A DNA stretch of 63,886 bases, filler included, from Aduncisulcus paluster (taxonomy: Eukaryota), in NCBI GenBank assembly GCA_024181965.1. It is 10 parts of 10 records of this genome, joined end to end, with 100 filler letters (N's around TTAATTAATTAA, not from the genome) between each part and the next. Parts side by side here need not be neighbours in the genome. Positions count along the whole stretch, not along the records: positions 1 to 21,542 come from BQXS01000172.1; positions 21,643 to 32,940 come from BQXS01000173.1; 8 more parts are not named here. One strand, 5' to 3'. This document shows positions 12,153 to 24,315 of this stretch, in pieces. A program made the translations under genes and the position numbers. The first letter of the stretch is position 1. Each line of letters starts with the position of its first letter. The notes beneath the pieces are model-generated. The model was not told the DNA's origin, did no database searches, and saw only the letters and a program-made list of their open reading frames with translations.

Positions 12153-15100
12153 GGTGATATGGATTTGGTTTCTGTTGAAGAAAGGAATTTGGTTATCATT
12201 TCATCTTTGATTGGTTCATTTTGTTCGATATCGACCTCCTCTGAGGCATTTTTCAGTTTAATACAGAGTACAATCTCGCATGATGTTTTTGTCTCACATT
12301 TGAAGAAATTCAAGGAAGCTTCAGCCGCTACTGCCCCCCGTGAAACTCTTGCTGCATCATTAAAGGATTATAATAACAAAAACACTCATTTATTCTCCTC
12401 TTTCTTCCTGTCTCTCACTGCTTTCTCATCCTTAGTATCCTTCCTCCCGCTTTTTATGTACTGTCTCCGTGAGTGTGCCTCATGGGAGCGCAGGGAAGGT
12501 GAAGATCCCTCGATTGGCGAGTATAATGAATGCAGCTGGCGAGACTGGTTGAACGAGGAAAGAGATAGAAGGGAATGGGAACTGTGGTGTATGCGGACCA
12601 AAGAAGAAGAGAAGATCAAAAAGGAGAGTGCTGAAGCGGAACGGAGTGCTCAAGCTGAGCAGGCCGGGAAAGCTGAAGAAGATGCCCGTGAACAAACTAT
12701 AGGTGCTGCTTCCAACTGTAATAAGAGTTCTGTTCTGGAAAGTGATGGTGTTGAAACACGATCCAAGGATGAAGATAAGGATGTTATTTTGACTCCTAAT
12801 AGTGGTCAAGGAAAGAGTCCCTCTCACTCACCTTCCCTTGGTCACAGTGGTCTTTCTCTGTCTACAAAGTCCAATGATATAGGAAAGTATTCCCATGGGT
12901 CACATTCTATGTCTTCCTCTCATCTCCACAAACAGCTTGTTTCACTCGTGTCATTCCACCTTGGGCATCTGTTCTCATGTTGTGTATGGGTAAGTGAAAG
13001 AGTAAGGGAGAAAGAGAGGTGTGCTTCAGCAGGCGGATCTCAAGGTAAGAAGGCAGAAGAAGAAGATCCTGTTCATGATGGCAATGGTGATGATAAAACG
13101 AAAGTTAACACTGGTGGGTGTTCATCTCCTAAAGTTATGGATGAAGAAGAAGATATTTATGGCTCATCAAAGTGTACGGATGAACATTCAAAATCGGTCA
13201 TGTCTCCTTGCAATATGATGGCTCAAGAACTCTCACCTCTTTTTTCTTCTCATTCGCCTCGTCATTTCTCTCTTCTCCCTCTCCTCGACTTTGTCTATGG
13301 ATTGTACTTTGTCTGTGTTGGCGTTGTAATAGAGGGGGTGGAAGGAAGGGAACGTAGAGTGGCCGCTGCTCATTTTGATGGGCTTGCCCACAGTGAACCT
13401 ATTAGAAAGGGAAGCTTTCCCCCTTCATCTCCACTGTTTTCTGCTTCATTCTCGTCCACATCTTCCGCTATTTCTTCGAATTCATATCTGCGTCATGCTC
13501 TGACACTCCCTTCACTGACAAGGACTATCTCCTCATCACTGAGTATGCTTCTGCATCTTGGATGTGGGTCTGTATCTGTTGCTTCTGTGCTCATGTCTCA
13601 CGTGTTTCGTTTCTCATTGCGTCATCCGTTCCATTTTTCGAAGCCTGAGCAGAAAGATAGTAATGATAGTCGTGAGGATGCTCTTCTTGATGATGAAGGC
13701 CTCCATATCTTATCCAACCTCTTCTGCAATCCGCTTCTTTCTGAGGGACTTATCCGATGCATGTGTACAGTAATGAATAGAACATCTATGTTCACAATCC
13801 CAGGTGGAAAGCATCCAGGTCTTGTCAATCTCAAAGGCTCAATTATTGCTCCAACCAGTGAGGCTACATCCTTTGTTCCACCTTCAAGTCCGTCCAAAAC
13901 ACAGTCAATTGAAAGATGTGGATCCCTTTCACAACTTCACTGTCGGAATCCCTTTGTTCTTCCTTTCTCTCGCTGTGAACTTATCCATCTATTTGCTCTT
14001 TTCCTGCACTCCATATCGCCTCGATGCATTGGTCTAATGCTGGAAAGGTTTAGTTATTTCCACACATCTATTCCCTTTGTATCATTATCGCATTCAATGT
14101 CACTTCCACATGCTCTTCTCAGTGTTGGTCTTAGATCTATGTGTTCAAATGAACAAATAATGATGATGAAAGACGAATGTACCTGTGGTAATTGTCAGTC
14201 AAAAGGGATGCCCAAGCCAAGACATGGAAGTATTGCCTGTAATTCTATTGGGAAGCAAGCTATATGCAATGGGACTGAAAGAAGTGTGTGTACTTTGCAA
14301 ATGATGGGACAATTATCTGAGCATTATGGAGTTCAAGCATACAGAGAACTTGATTGTTTGGCTGAAAGGCCAGGAGATTCATCGATTCATCCGCTTGTGT
14401 TCTTCTCATCGTGTTCCCACTCTCATAAAACATCAGATATCACACCGTTCACATTGACACCGTATTCCCTCGTGAGAATACCTTCTATCTCTCCGGGTAA
14501 ATTCCCTCATTGGACTTATTCTGTGCCGGCATGTCTTGAAATTGATCCATCTCGTTCGTTTTCACTCACTTTGAAATTATTCCCATTGTTTTGTCCCTGT
14601 ATTCGGCAGCAGACCCTTGAATTGATGTGTAATTATGTGTGTGGAGATGTTTTCGAAGGATATTGTGCTATTCGTAAAGGAAGAGACAAGCAGAAAGCTA
14701 GACTTCGTGAGAAACACTCTAGAAGGGGAAGTGGTGCTTATAGTTCACGCAGTGCTCGAAGCTCTAGGAGTGCTCGTAGTGCTGGGAGAAGTGCTAGACG
14801 TATGAGTAATCCAATCGCTGGACTGAATGCACTTGATGTTGACTCAGAATCTCCTCTATGTTCCCTCTCCAATTGTCTCTCCCTCCTGTCTCTATCACAT
14901 TTCTCGCACACTTTGTCTCACATCCTTGTCCTGTCTTCTACCTTCCTCGTGCGTCTCTTTGAGATGTGTGAAGAATGCTGGAAAGAGAAAAAGATTCTTG
15001 ATTCTGGTGCAGCTTCTGTATCTGACACCAGTCGAGAGGCTCAGCCAGGGTCGAAGGATGATGAAGGTGACGAACTCCACATCCCTGCAGTCGATCTTTC

Positions 15101-18100
15101 TCTCTGGGTTAAGGGTAGCATTGTTGACGTGCCTCATGAGTGTTTCGGTAATGTAAAGAACATTATGGGTATGAGTTTAGCTCTGTTTTCCTTGCTGATC
15201 CCTGCAATAACAAGAGCCCATATCCTCCCTTCTCTCCTCTCTTATCTCTCCTTCTCTTCTCTGCCATCATCCATCGTGTCTTCTCTCTTGCTTTTGATTG
15301 TAAGGGAGGCCAACAATGAGATGCCTCTTGGTCGAATTGAAGGGCGGAATCTTCTTGTATTGCGTGGCATTGATAGCAATAAGATACATGAAAAAGAACC
15401 TTCCCTTGATATGACTTTATCACCATCCCTGCCCAATTCTCCATTCACATCCACATCATCTCTCGTATCCTCTTCTTTCCTCCCGTTCTCTCTGTCCTTG
15501 ACTGATTTGCCCTGTTATCCTGCCATTGGATCCCCTATTCAGAGAGAAGGGAGTGGAAATTCTCTAGCAGATCTCTCTGGTGTCAAGTCACAGCTCCATG
15601 GTGCCGCATCTGGCGGAAAGAGCTTCCCTATTTCGTCTGCTGCTGGTCTCAGTAACGTCGGTTGTGGCGGTATCACACTCTCAACTTGGATAAGGATGCG
15701 TCGAAGTATCCGAACAGACGAGGAAGTTATTCTTGTTACCGGGGAAAGTATTGAACGTGGTAAGACAAGTGGTGTTATTGGTCGATTTACACTTAGTATC
15801 GCATCTCCCTTCACTCTCCCTGGATGGAAAGCTAAACACACTGGGAAGTACGAGAGTGGTTCTGTCGATAACCATGTTCCTCTTCTTGTCACTTATTTCA
15901 CTCACCATCACCCCCTCTCTGCCTCCGCTTCCTCTTCTTCTTCTGTCCATTTCATCATTCATGTTCCTTCTTACTCAAATGGAGCATATGAAGGTGCTCT
16001 TCGTCTCATTTCCACGATGGAGAAGAGTTCTGAAACACCTCTTATGGCCAAGAAGACCTGTGGTCTCTGCGACGATGTTCCCAAGACAGATCAGCAACCT
16101 CGTGATCCTCCATTGTCACACCTAACACACTCTCTGCACACTCATTTCCACTCTTTCTCCCATCTCTGCGTGAGACACAGTGAGGATGGTGTGGTTCGAC
16201 TCTGGGTTAATGGAAGAGAAATTGAGTGTGAGAGAGAAGGAAATTACTGTGAAATTGTAAGGAAACGAAGGAGAGATGTAGCCAAGGATAAGGTTACAGG
16301 AAGCTCTGGCCCAATGATATTCCCTATTATTCCTTTGCCACATGAGGTGTTCTCTCCAACGCTGCTGGAACGTGAAGCACAACGAACAAGAACAGACATG
16401 TCTGGAATGGGGAATGGAGATACGACTGAATCTGGCGCTATGGGCCCACATGAGGCTCTGAGAAAGGAGGGTGGATCTACAGGTTCTTCTGTAAAAACCG
16501 TGCCGTTAATGAAGATTTCTGAGAAGGTTACAAGTTCTGTCTTTTGCACAAATATATTCTTCAATTTGACGACTCATACTGAGCCTCGATTGAGCAATAA
16601 GAGGAGGGCGTTCGAGAGAGAGTATGATACTTCCCTTGATCCTGTTCCTGATGCGAGTGGGTTCCTTGCTGCTTCTCTTCCTGTCCTTTCTCAGGCCTCC
16701 AGTTCAATTTATATCCGTGCTCTGCCAGTGCATAACATTAAGATCCTCTCAACAAAACCTAATGTCTGGGGCATTGTGGCTGGACATAAATTGAATGAAG
16801 TCGAAGGTGAAATCATCCATGAATATGTGTCTAAGCGTGATGTTCAGATATCCCAGCAAACTGGGGAACAACATGAGAAACATCCAAAAGAATCACTAAC
16901 ACATGTTGATGGTCAAGATCAAATCGACTCTACCCCTCAAGTATCTACTCTCCGTCTCAACCATTGCATCGAATCATCGTTCCCTTATTTGTCACATAAT
17001 CCCACCATTCTCCCTCCTTCATTCTCACCCTCTCCTGCACTCACCCATGTTTCTCGTGAGTGGTCTATTCCTGTGTGGTGGAGAGAAGGTGTCATGTACG
17101 AAGAGAAAGGGTTTAGAGAGGATGTGTGCGAAGGCATCTACTGTGTTTGTGATGTGTCTTTTATCCCATTCTCATCGATATCACAAGAAAGAGAAAGAGA
17201 AGAAGTGTGTGCTCGTGAAGGGACAAGAGTATGGAGCGGTGTACAAAATGAAGAAATGACAGGAAATAATGCACTTATTAGAGATTCTATGAAACTTTCT
17301 CAGGACAAACCTGACTCGTTTGCTTCTGGATCACCTCAGACACTTGTTTCATCTTCCTCTATTAGTGATTTTAATGATTCTGTTGCTCATGGTGATATTG
17401 AGGAACTTTGGGGAGGATGGTTGTCTACATGGGATTCTCTATCGAATGGAACTTCCAACGTTTTCTCGATTCCTGCCTGTCCTCCGCCGATGCAATCGTT
17501 CAACCATCATGTGTGTGATTCGATGTATCACAGTTCCACTGTTCATGGAATGACACGTGAGAGAATCTCAACAGGAGCAAGCCAATTCCCATTGGTATCA
17601 AAATACCCCAAATATGTGTTCAGGAATGTAGCACCTCTTACATCTATTTTTGGAATGGCCAGGAAAGCCCAACATTCCACATATTCCTCACCATCCCCAT
17701 CTTTGTTGTCACCTTTCCCACGTTCTATTCTTCCTCTCTATTTCAACTCGAACTTTGTGAATGGTCAGCGTGTCCATAAAGATGCCACCAAAAAGAAAAA
17801 GAAGAGGACCTCCTTGCCATCCGTTGGGTATGCCAGCAAGCTTGAGATACAACACCACGAGGCTTCTCCTTACCTCCCACAACCGTCGATGCCTTTCCAA
17901 CATTCATCGTCATTCTTCTCGCCATCATTTTCATCTATGTTCATTGATTCTTCGAACCAATCTGATGACAGCCATCTGACGATTCCGTCAACTTTGTCAG
18001 GTTCTTCCATCCCCGCCTCAGCTTCATTCCTCCCTCCATCATTCTTTGCCTTCATGTTGTCTTCCTCTGTGCAGGAATTGTACAATAATTTCACTGAAAG

Positions 18101-21100
18101 GATGAAAGAATTGAAAGGGCAAGAGAAACTGAGGGGATCTAAGAAGTATGATCACTCTGATTCGTCATCAGGATCCTCCTCTCTCTGGAATTGGATTGGA
18201 AATATATTCTTCAAACGTAAGAGTCTGCCTCCTTTCTTGCCGACACATTCGATTAGTGCTGACGTTGTCATTCGAGTGAATAGTATCAAAGAACTGCTTG
18301 GCCACAGTGTTTTGCTTGACAGTCTTGCTCATTTCTTCCCTGATTTGCATCATACTCACACTGTATGGTCTGATACCTCAAAGGGAGCCGTGAGTCCGAC
18401 TGTTCCTGTAGCTTCGTTGGATAGACGTGGTTCCATTCGTCCATTTGAACCTAAGAGAATGCCTCCTCATTCCTCTTTAAGTACTCATTCAATCACTTCT
18501 GATGGAACAACCTCTGTGCCAGGTGGTGGTCAGTTGCATCAGGTATCTGCCATGTCTTCGCTCGTCACTACAACGACACTGCTCTCCTTGACAGATTCTC
18601 TCCTTCGGCTCTGTCTTCATCCTTCATCTTCGCCATCTCCTTCTTTGCTCTTCTCAACCCTTGCTCTGTGTGGTGTGATATGGCCTACGATGTTCGTGGG
18701 AGCTTCTAGCCTCGACAAGAAGGGAAGGAAAGAGAGCTTGGGGGGATCGATGACAGAATGCGTTGGTGTCGTATGTGAGCATGTCCAAAGTGCTCTCAAG
18801 CGAGAAGAGCAACAGCAGGTTTCTGGACGGGGGAAGAAGAAGAACAAGAGTGCTGGGATAGGAAGTCAAGGTAATATTACAGGGACAACCTCAAATTCTC
18901 CATCGCAGGTAGATGCTCAATCTCCTCCTGTTCATCCAACTTTCTCACCATCACAACAGACATCACCACCATCTTTCTCACAACAGCAAATGATATCTAT
19001 TTTTAGGACAGCTATGAGCAGATTTGAACGAATCTTTTGGAATCGATTGATGTTATTGTTATATGGACGGTGTGATGAGTGGTCAGTCTGTGGTGTTGTT
19101 TCATGTCTCTTGAGTTCACTGGTTGGTTGCACATTACACTGTAATCCAGTAGATGTTGATAGGACGATTAGAGAGAGCGAGTGGTGGAGGAAGAGGAAGG
19201 TGAGGAAAACAAGGAGTAGTAGTAACAGAAGTAGTGTTAGGAGATCTGGAAGCCTTGGGTCAATTTCTAATGGCCAAGGTGTTGCTCATAACGAAAAGAT
19301 GAAGAGGAAATCTAGGAAAGACAAAACCAACGAACCTGATAACGATCTTACTTTGTCTTTCTCCTCCTCTCATTCATCAATCTCAAAGCCTCAAAACACC
19401 CCAATTGCACTCTCTCCAGTTCCTGTTAAGAAACGTGTCAGGAGAGTCGTTGATGTTCTCTGTGATGACCAAGGGAGCATGACAATCGAAGAAGCCGCAA
19501 CTGCTGCCGCTGCAGCCATCTTTGCATCATCTAATATCTACTCAAGCTCTACAAATGTGTCTTCTCCTTCCCTTTCATCCTCACAATCCCTTGGATCTCT
19601 TAACCCTCTCTCAGTGCTTTCCATTCCACCGTCTTCCTTCTTTTCTCCCCTGACAATGCCGTACAGATATATCCATTCTCTCAGCATGTTTTCCTTCGAG
19701 GATGGAGAGGAGAGACAGGTTGATCGCTGGCCAAAACGCTGTATATGGCAGATGCTATTGGCTGTATGCATTGGTGAGAATGACCAGAGTAGCATTTCCT
19801 CAGTCCATGGACAAAAAAGTTCTTCGGTCAAAGATGTTCATTATCATTATGAACAACATGATAGTACAACTCTTAACACATCTTCTTCTATCGCCTTTTT
19901 GAGGTATCTATTGCCTGAGTCTATATCATCCCCATCTCTTTCCCTTCCTCCTTCTTTACTGGCACTCTCACTCCTTCATTTGTACTCTAGATCTTCACTC
20001 TACCTCTCATCGGAGATTCCCAAGTCTCTTGCGTCCATCCATACCAATCCACTATCTCGCTCCCTTGCATCTGTGGTTGCGAATACTCTTCCTCCGTCAA
20101 ATATGCCCAGGAGTGAGGATATTAGTTTCACTACTTGGGCAAAAGAGGAAGAGGATGTTGCTTTTGCTTTCCCCAAGACTTGGACAGACATGGGCTGTGA
20201 GATTATGCAATTACCGCCGATTTTCTCAATTCCTCCGTACATTGTCCCTTCTCTGGCATCATCGCTCATCCCTTCGATCAGTGCAGCACTCTCCTTATCT
20301 TCTCACATCGGGTCGATCCTGATATGTTTGTGGAAAGGTCTGTGGGTTGGTACAGGTGTGAGAGATCAAGTTGTGACCGGTTGGAGCGAGTGGGAAGCCG
20401 AATTGAAGAGACGTCATGGAATATCTGTCCGTGCCAAGGCAATGGGAAAAGAATTTAGTCCTGACCAAAGCCGTAGTGGCCTGGATGAAACACAATACTT
20501 CATATCAGGCGTGTCTTCCGGCCATATATCTCCTTTCCTATTCCCTCCGACAAAGGACAACACTTCTTTATCCTCTTTGAACCCCTCTGGACCTGTTAAT
20601 GATCAGCAGAGTTGTTCTTCTTTGCCTTCATCGACTTTTTCTCCTCTTCACTCATCCACTCTCCTCCCTCTGTTCTTCTTGCTTCGATGTCTTCTTATAT
20701 CTGTGAGTTCTCGAGCCGAGTGTGAGTGTCTACTTAAAATGCTTATGCAAAGTGCCACTTTCACTGAGAAAGAGGCGAGGAAATGGAGGATGTGGGAGCT
20801 TAAGATCAAAGTTCTTGTCCATGAGGAGAAGAAACGGAGAGCTATTGAGAAGGAACACATTGAAAAAGTTATCATGAGTCCAGAGACAACTCAAGAACAA
20901 AAACATTTCCTCACTGCATTCATGTATACGCTCTCAAAACTGTATTCTCACACTGATTCTCGAATAAGAGCCTGTTTTAATGAGTATTATCACAAAATGG
21001 TTGTTCTGGCGCACACCAATATATCTTTCCGAGTAATCGTGCTCAGTGCCATCGCTTCTTCTCTCTTGCCGTCGTCTCCACTTGCTTCTCCTTCCCTTGT

Positions 21101-21542
21101 CCAGACACAGCAATGCAACACTTGGATTATGGGCGGTCTTGTTTCATTCCTCCCTTTCTTATCCGATTGTGTTTGTAGGCTCCGATCTTTCCTTGCAACC
21201 ACAAGATGTGACTGGAGACACCAGTATTGTTCTTCATCTGAACTGAAGGATATGTCGAGACTCTCTGAATATCTTGTCAATATGAAATGCTGGCCTATCA
21301 TCCCTTCCATTAGACATGACCCTTCCCCTTCCCTCATTCTCTCTGTGATGTCCACGCTGTCTTTCTGTATATCTGGAACTTCTCTGTGCAGGCTTCCAAC
21401 GCGTGCACTGGCATTGTCGAGTAGAGAAGTGAAGAGACGGGTGTGTATGGAATTAGTGGCTGGGGTTGAACGCTGGAGAGAGCGTGAGAGAAGAGATCTC
21501 GAGTTGAGGAAAGGTGAGAAGAAGAGACGGGATGAGTGGAAG
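6839..21542 (+). CDS. Giant Ser/Glu-rich protein (>4,800 aa after collapsing the gap overlap, 3'-partial); possibly the N-terminal part of a BEACH-family protein
   Basis: ORFs 6839-9884 and 10002-21542 join in frame because 9905-10152 duplicates 9637-9884. No stop before the contig end. ConA/LamG-like motifs GITLSTWIRM and HLCVRH...VRLWVNG. The CDS is well supported; the family call is weak. Confidence 0.75.
12111..12146 (+). repeat. (AAT)12 coding microsatellite (poly-Asn)
   Basis: Direct reading; in frame in the giant ORF. Confidence 0.95.
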
Positions 21543-21642
21543 NNNNNNNNNNNNNNNNNNNNNNNNNNNNNNNNNNNNNNNNNNNNTTAATTAATTAANN
21601 NNNNNNNNNNNNNNNNNNNNNNNNNNNNNNNNNNNNNNNNNN
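21543..21642. other. Artificial contig spacer N44-TTAATTAATTAA-N44; also at 32941-33040, 34611-34710, 44739-44838, 46353-46452, 50086-50185, 52216-52315, 55353-55452, 61777-61876
   Basis: Identical 100-nt structure with a six-frame stop linker, nine times; sequence composition changes across it. Confidence 0.98.
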
Positions 21643-22271
21643 ACAGAGAGATCCTCAAAACACGGATCTTTAAAACAAACACGGGAGCATAATATTTCCA
21701 TTGATTTTTGTGCAAATAATGTTGGAATTTGACTGCTTTCCTCGTCACCGAATTTTCTCATAATATTTTGAACTGCATGACAATCTCGATAAATCAAACG
21801 ATAAATTCGTTTCGAACATATTTTTTCCTTCAAAGATTCCTGAATGCTCATGTTTTTGCCTGTATCAAAATCAAAATAACACGAATCAATGATCTTTAAG
21901 AACAACTCGAAATTTGGATGATCTGATATTACCTCTCTATATTTATCTTTCTCATATAATTTAAGATCATATTTGATATGAAGTGTTTCTGTTTCGCTAA
22001 TAAATGATTCAAACAAGTGAAACCGAGCAGAAATACACTTTGACATTGAAGATTTTGGATACTTGAAAATATTTGGCATATCATCAAAAAAGTTGGGATT
22101 ATGTTTTAAGGTGGAATATATAAAATATGGAAATGGTATTTTAAGACTCTTATAGGATTCCACTGCGGGGATAATACAGAATGATTCTTTGGGGCACAAA
22201 GAAACTAAGATTACACTTAGATCGCTGGGTATATATTTCTTTCCAAAGTAATATAAAGATGTCTTAGTCAT
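21643..22271 (-). CDS. Hypothetical protein (3'-partial; start uncertain)
   Basis: Open frame of >200 codons to the contig edge; first ATG at 22271; no motif recognised. Confidence 0.5.
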
Positions 22272-22559
22272 ATATAATTTTTGATACCAAGAAATAGCGA
22301 TTTGAGTCAAATCCGGATCATTTTTGGGGGGGACTCCCCCCGCATCGGATGCGTTAGGTTTCTTCACCTAAAACCTTAATATTTTTTTCTTGTTAATTCC
22401 GCTCAAAAAGGATCTCTAATTATTTTATTTTCATTCTTTCTGTGGTATTACAACATTTATGCCATAAACTCAGTGAGTTTTGTTCGGGCGGAACTACTAC
22501 TAGTACAGTATAGTTCGATATAGTAGGATGAAACTTAGTCCCCGCCTGCGGTATCGTAT

Positions 22560-23938
22560 TGATTGCAGACCTTATCTCTAGCTGGTAGATCACTTTCATT
22601 GATCAGTCTGACCGTTTCATTTGAAGCCACTCATGTTGTAACTCCCTCAGTTTACCAATTGTTGATTCAAATCTCTGACCCCCATCCTCCATAAAGGAGA
22701 AGTCAGGCTCAAAAATATTATCAGGGATATCGCCTTGAGCAGTAAACCAAGCAGGCAAGAACCCACTCGGTTTCAGCACCACTCCAGGGATCTCCATATC
22801 AATCGGATCACCAGAGACAGTTTCAGGTTGAGAGTCACTCACGATAGTGGATGTTCCATCACCCGGAGGATCAGGAAGCGGTGAGTGATGCGAGTCCTGG
22901 CCGCTACTACTCACATCATTCTCCACATCAAGTCCCGGAGGACCTGTCAGTATTTCAGATTGTTCGCCAGAGATGGCTAGGCTCTGTACCTCATTCTCAT
23001 TCTCGTCTCTTGTCTCATCATGCTCCATTTCTTGAGAAGTATCTCCGAACCCCGGGTCGGACAAATGGAACTCCACCCATGCAGCTGTATGTAATAAATC
23101 CATGAAATGCTTACTCGCATTGCTTGCTTGCAGGTTTTTCAAGAATGCTCCTATTCCTGATGGAAAGACCCCTCTAACATCTCTTGCAAGATGTTTCAAG
23201 GACCTCAGTTTGAGAGTATCCCTGTGATACAATGGCATATGACAACGAAGCCCTCCTTTCTCAAGAGGCAAGGCAAGACGGGTGGAAGGGATCTCAATCT
23301 TAAGCTTGTTAGACCAAAGATTGGAAAGTGCAGTGTTCATCGTTATCAGTTCATCATCGGGGATTGATGAATATTGGATAAGATAAGAGAATTGTTTGAG
23401 AATCACAGTCTCGAATACATAGTGAAATGATTGCAAGTCCAGGAACTCAGATGTCGTAACTGCCACTTCCAAGGTCTTCTTCAAGGAATCAACAGCTGCT
23501 TGAGATGCAATCTCTTCATCAGATGAGAGTGGCACCCCCATGACATCATGGCACCGTTCCACGACAAAGTCATCCTCCTCTGTTGTAACCGGAAGAGATC
23601 CCGGGGCCAGGGGAACATAGATAGTCTTGTCGCGGTTCAGCTCAAGACCGAACTCAGGCAAAATACCTTTGATAGCACTAAGAATGCTTCTGAGTTCATC
23701 AGTGGATCTTACAATCAGGGTAATAGCCTATCATCAAGATAGGCTATTACACGCGAGATTACTGCAACAACTGAGCCATTAGCATCTTTCATTTCAATAG
23801 GAGGCATCAATTCCTCTAAAAGAGCTAGGATGGGAATAATGGCAAGAGAGAACAGGAGGGATGAGAGCTTATCCCCTTGAACCAGACCTGTCTCTCGGTC
23901 GAGAACATCGTCATGAAAGATTCCTTTGAGTAAAACTT
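22560..23938 (-). mobile_element. Decayed non-LTR retrotransposon RT fragment, CRE-like (RLE-type), 5'- and 3'-truncated and frameshifted
   Basis: The minus strand upstream of the listed ORF reads GLVQGDKLSSLLFSLAI and IAYLDD. After a 5-nt frameshift it continues ITLIVRS...FGLELNRDKT, DVMGVPL, LPLEKGGL. These are RT motifs 4-7 plus thumb. YLDD and G.P motifs favour the CRE clade (inference). Confidence 0.85.
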
Positions 23939-24315
23939 CTCATAACTCCGTTTTAATAATTATAATAAAGTAATAAAAGTGATATTAAAAAGTCCTTGTA
24001 AAATTGAGGACGGCAGCTCGCTGTCTGCTTCGATTTCCCCTATCCACGTCATCGACGATTTACGTTCGGCGAAAAATACCTCTTTTCTCTACTTGAACTT
24101 AAAATATCGTGTAGTCCCTTTTTGCACTTTGCAAGGTGCCACAAACAACTTTTCACACCGGGTGAAAACTGAAACCTAGAAACAAATAAATTTATTATAT
24201 GTAATTAGGTAACTAGAGCAAAAAAGCAATACAAAATCAGTATCAAAAAGAAAACTAAAATTAGTATGGTGAGTTGGTGTATTTGATAACAACCTGTTTT
24301 TGTTCCAGCTATCTC

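Noticed and set aside
8065-21355. Numerous 60-140 aa antisense or alternate-frame ORFs within the giant ORF (and within the other long genes)
   Set aside because: Shadow ORFs expected from biased codon usage; no motifs.
21543-21642. Recurrent TTAATTAATTAA palindrome flanked by Ns
   Set aside because: Artificial contig linker with six-frame stops; genes on either side are not neighbours, so no cross-spacer synteny was inferred.
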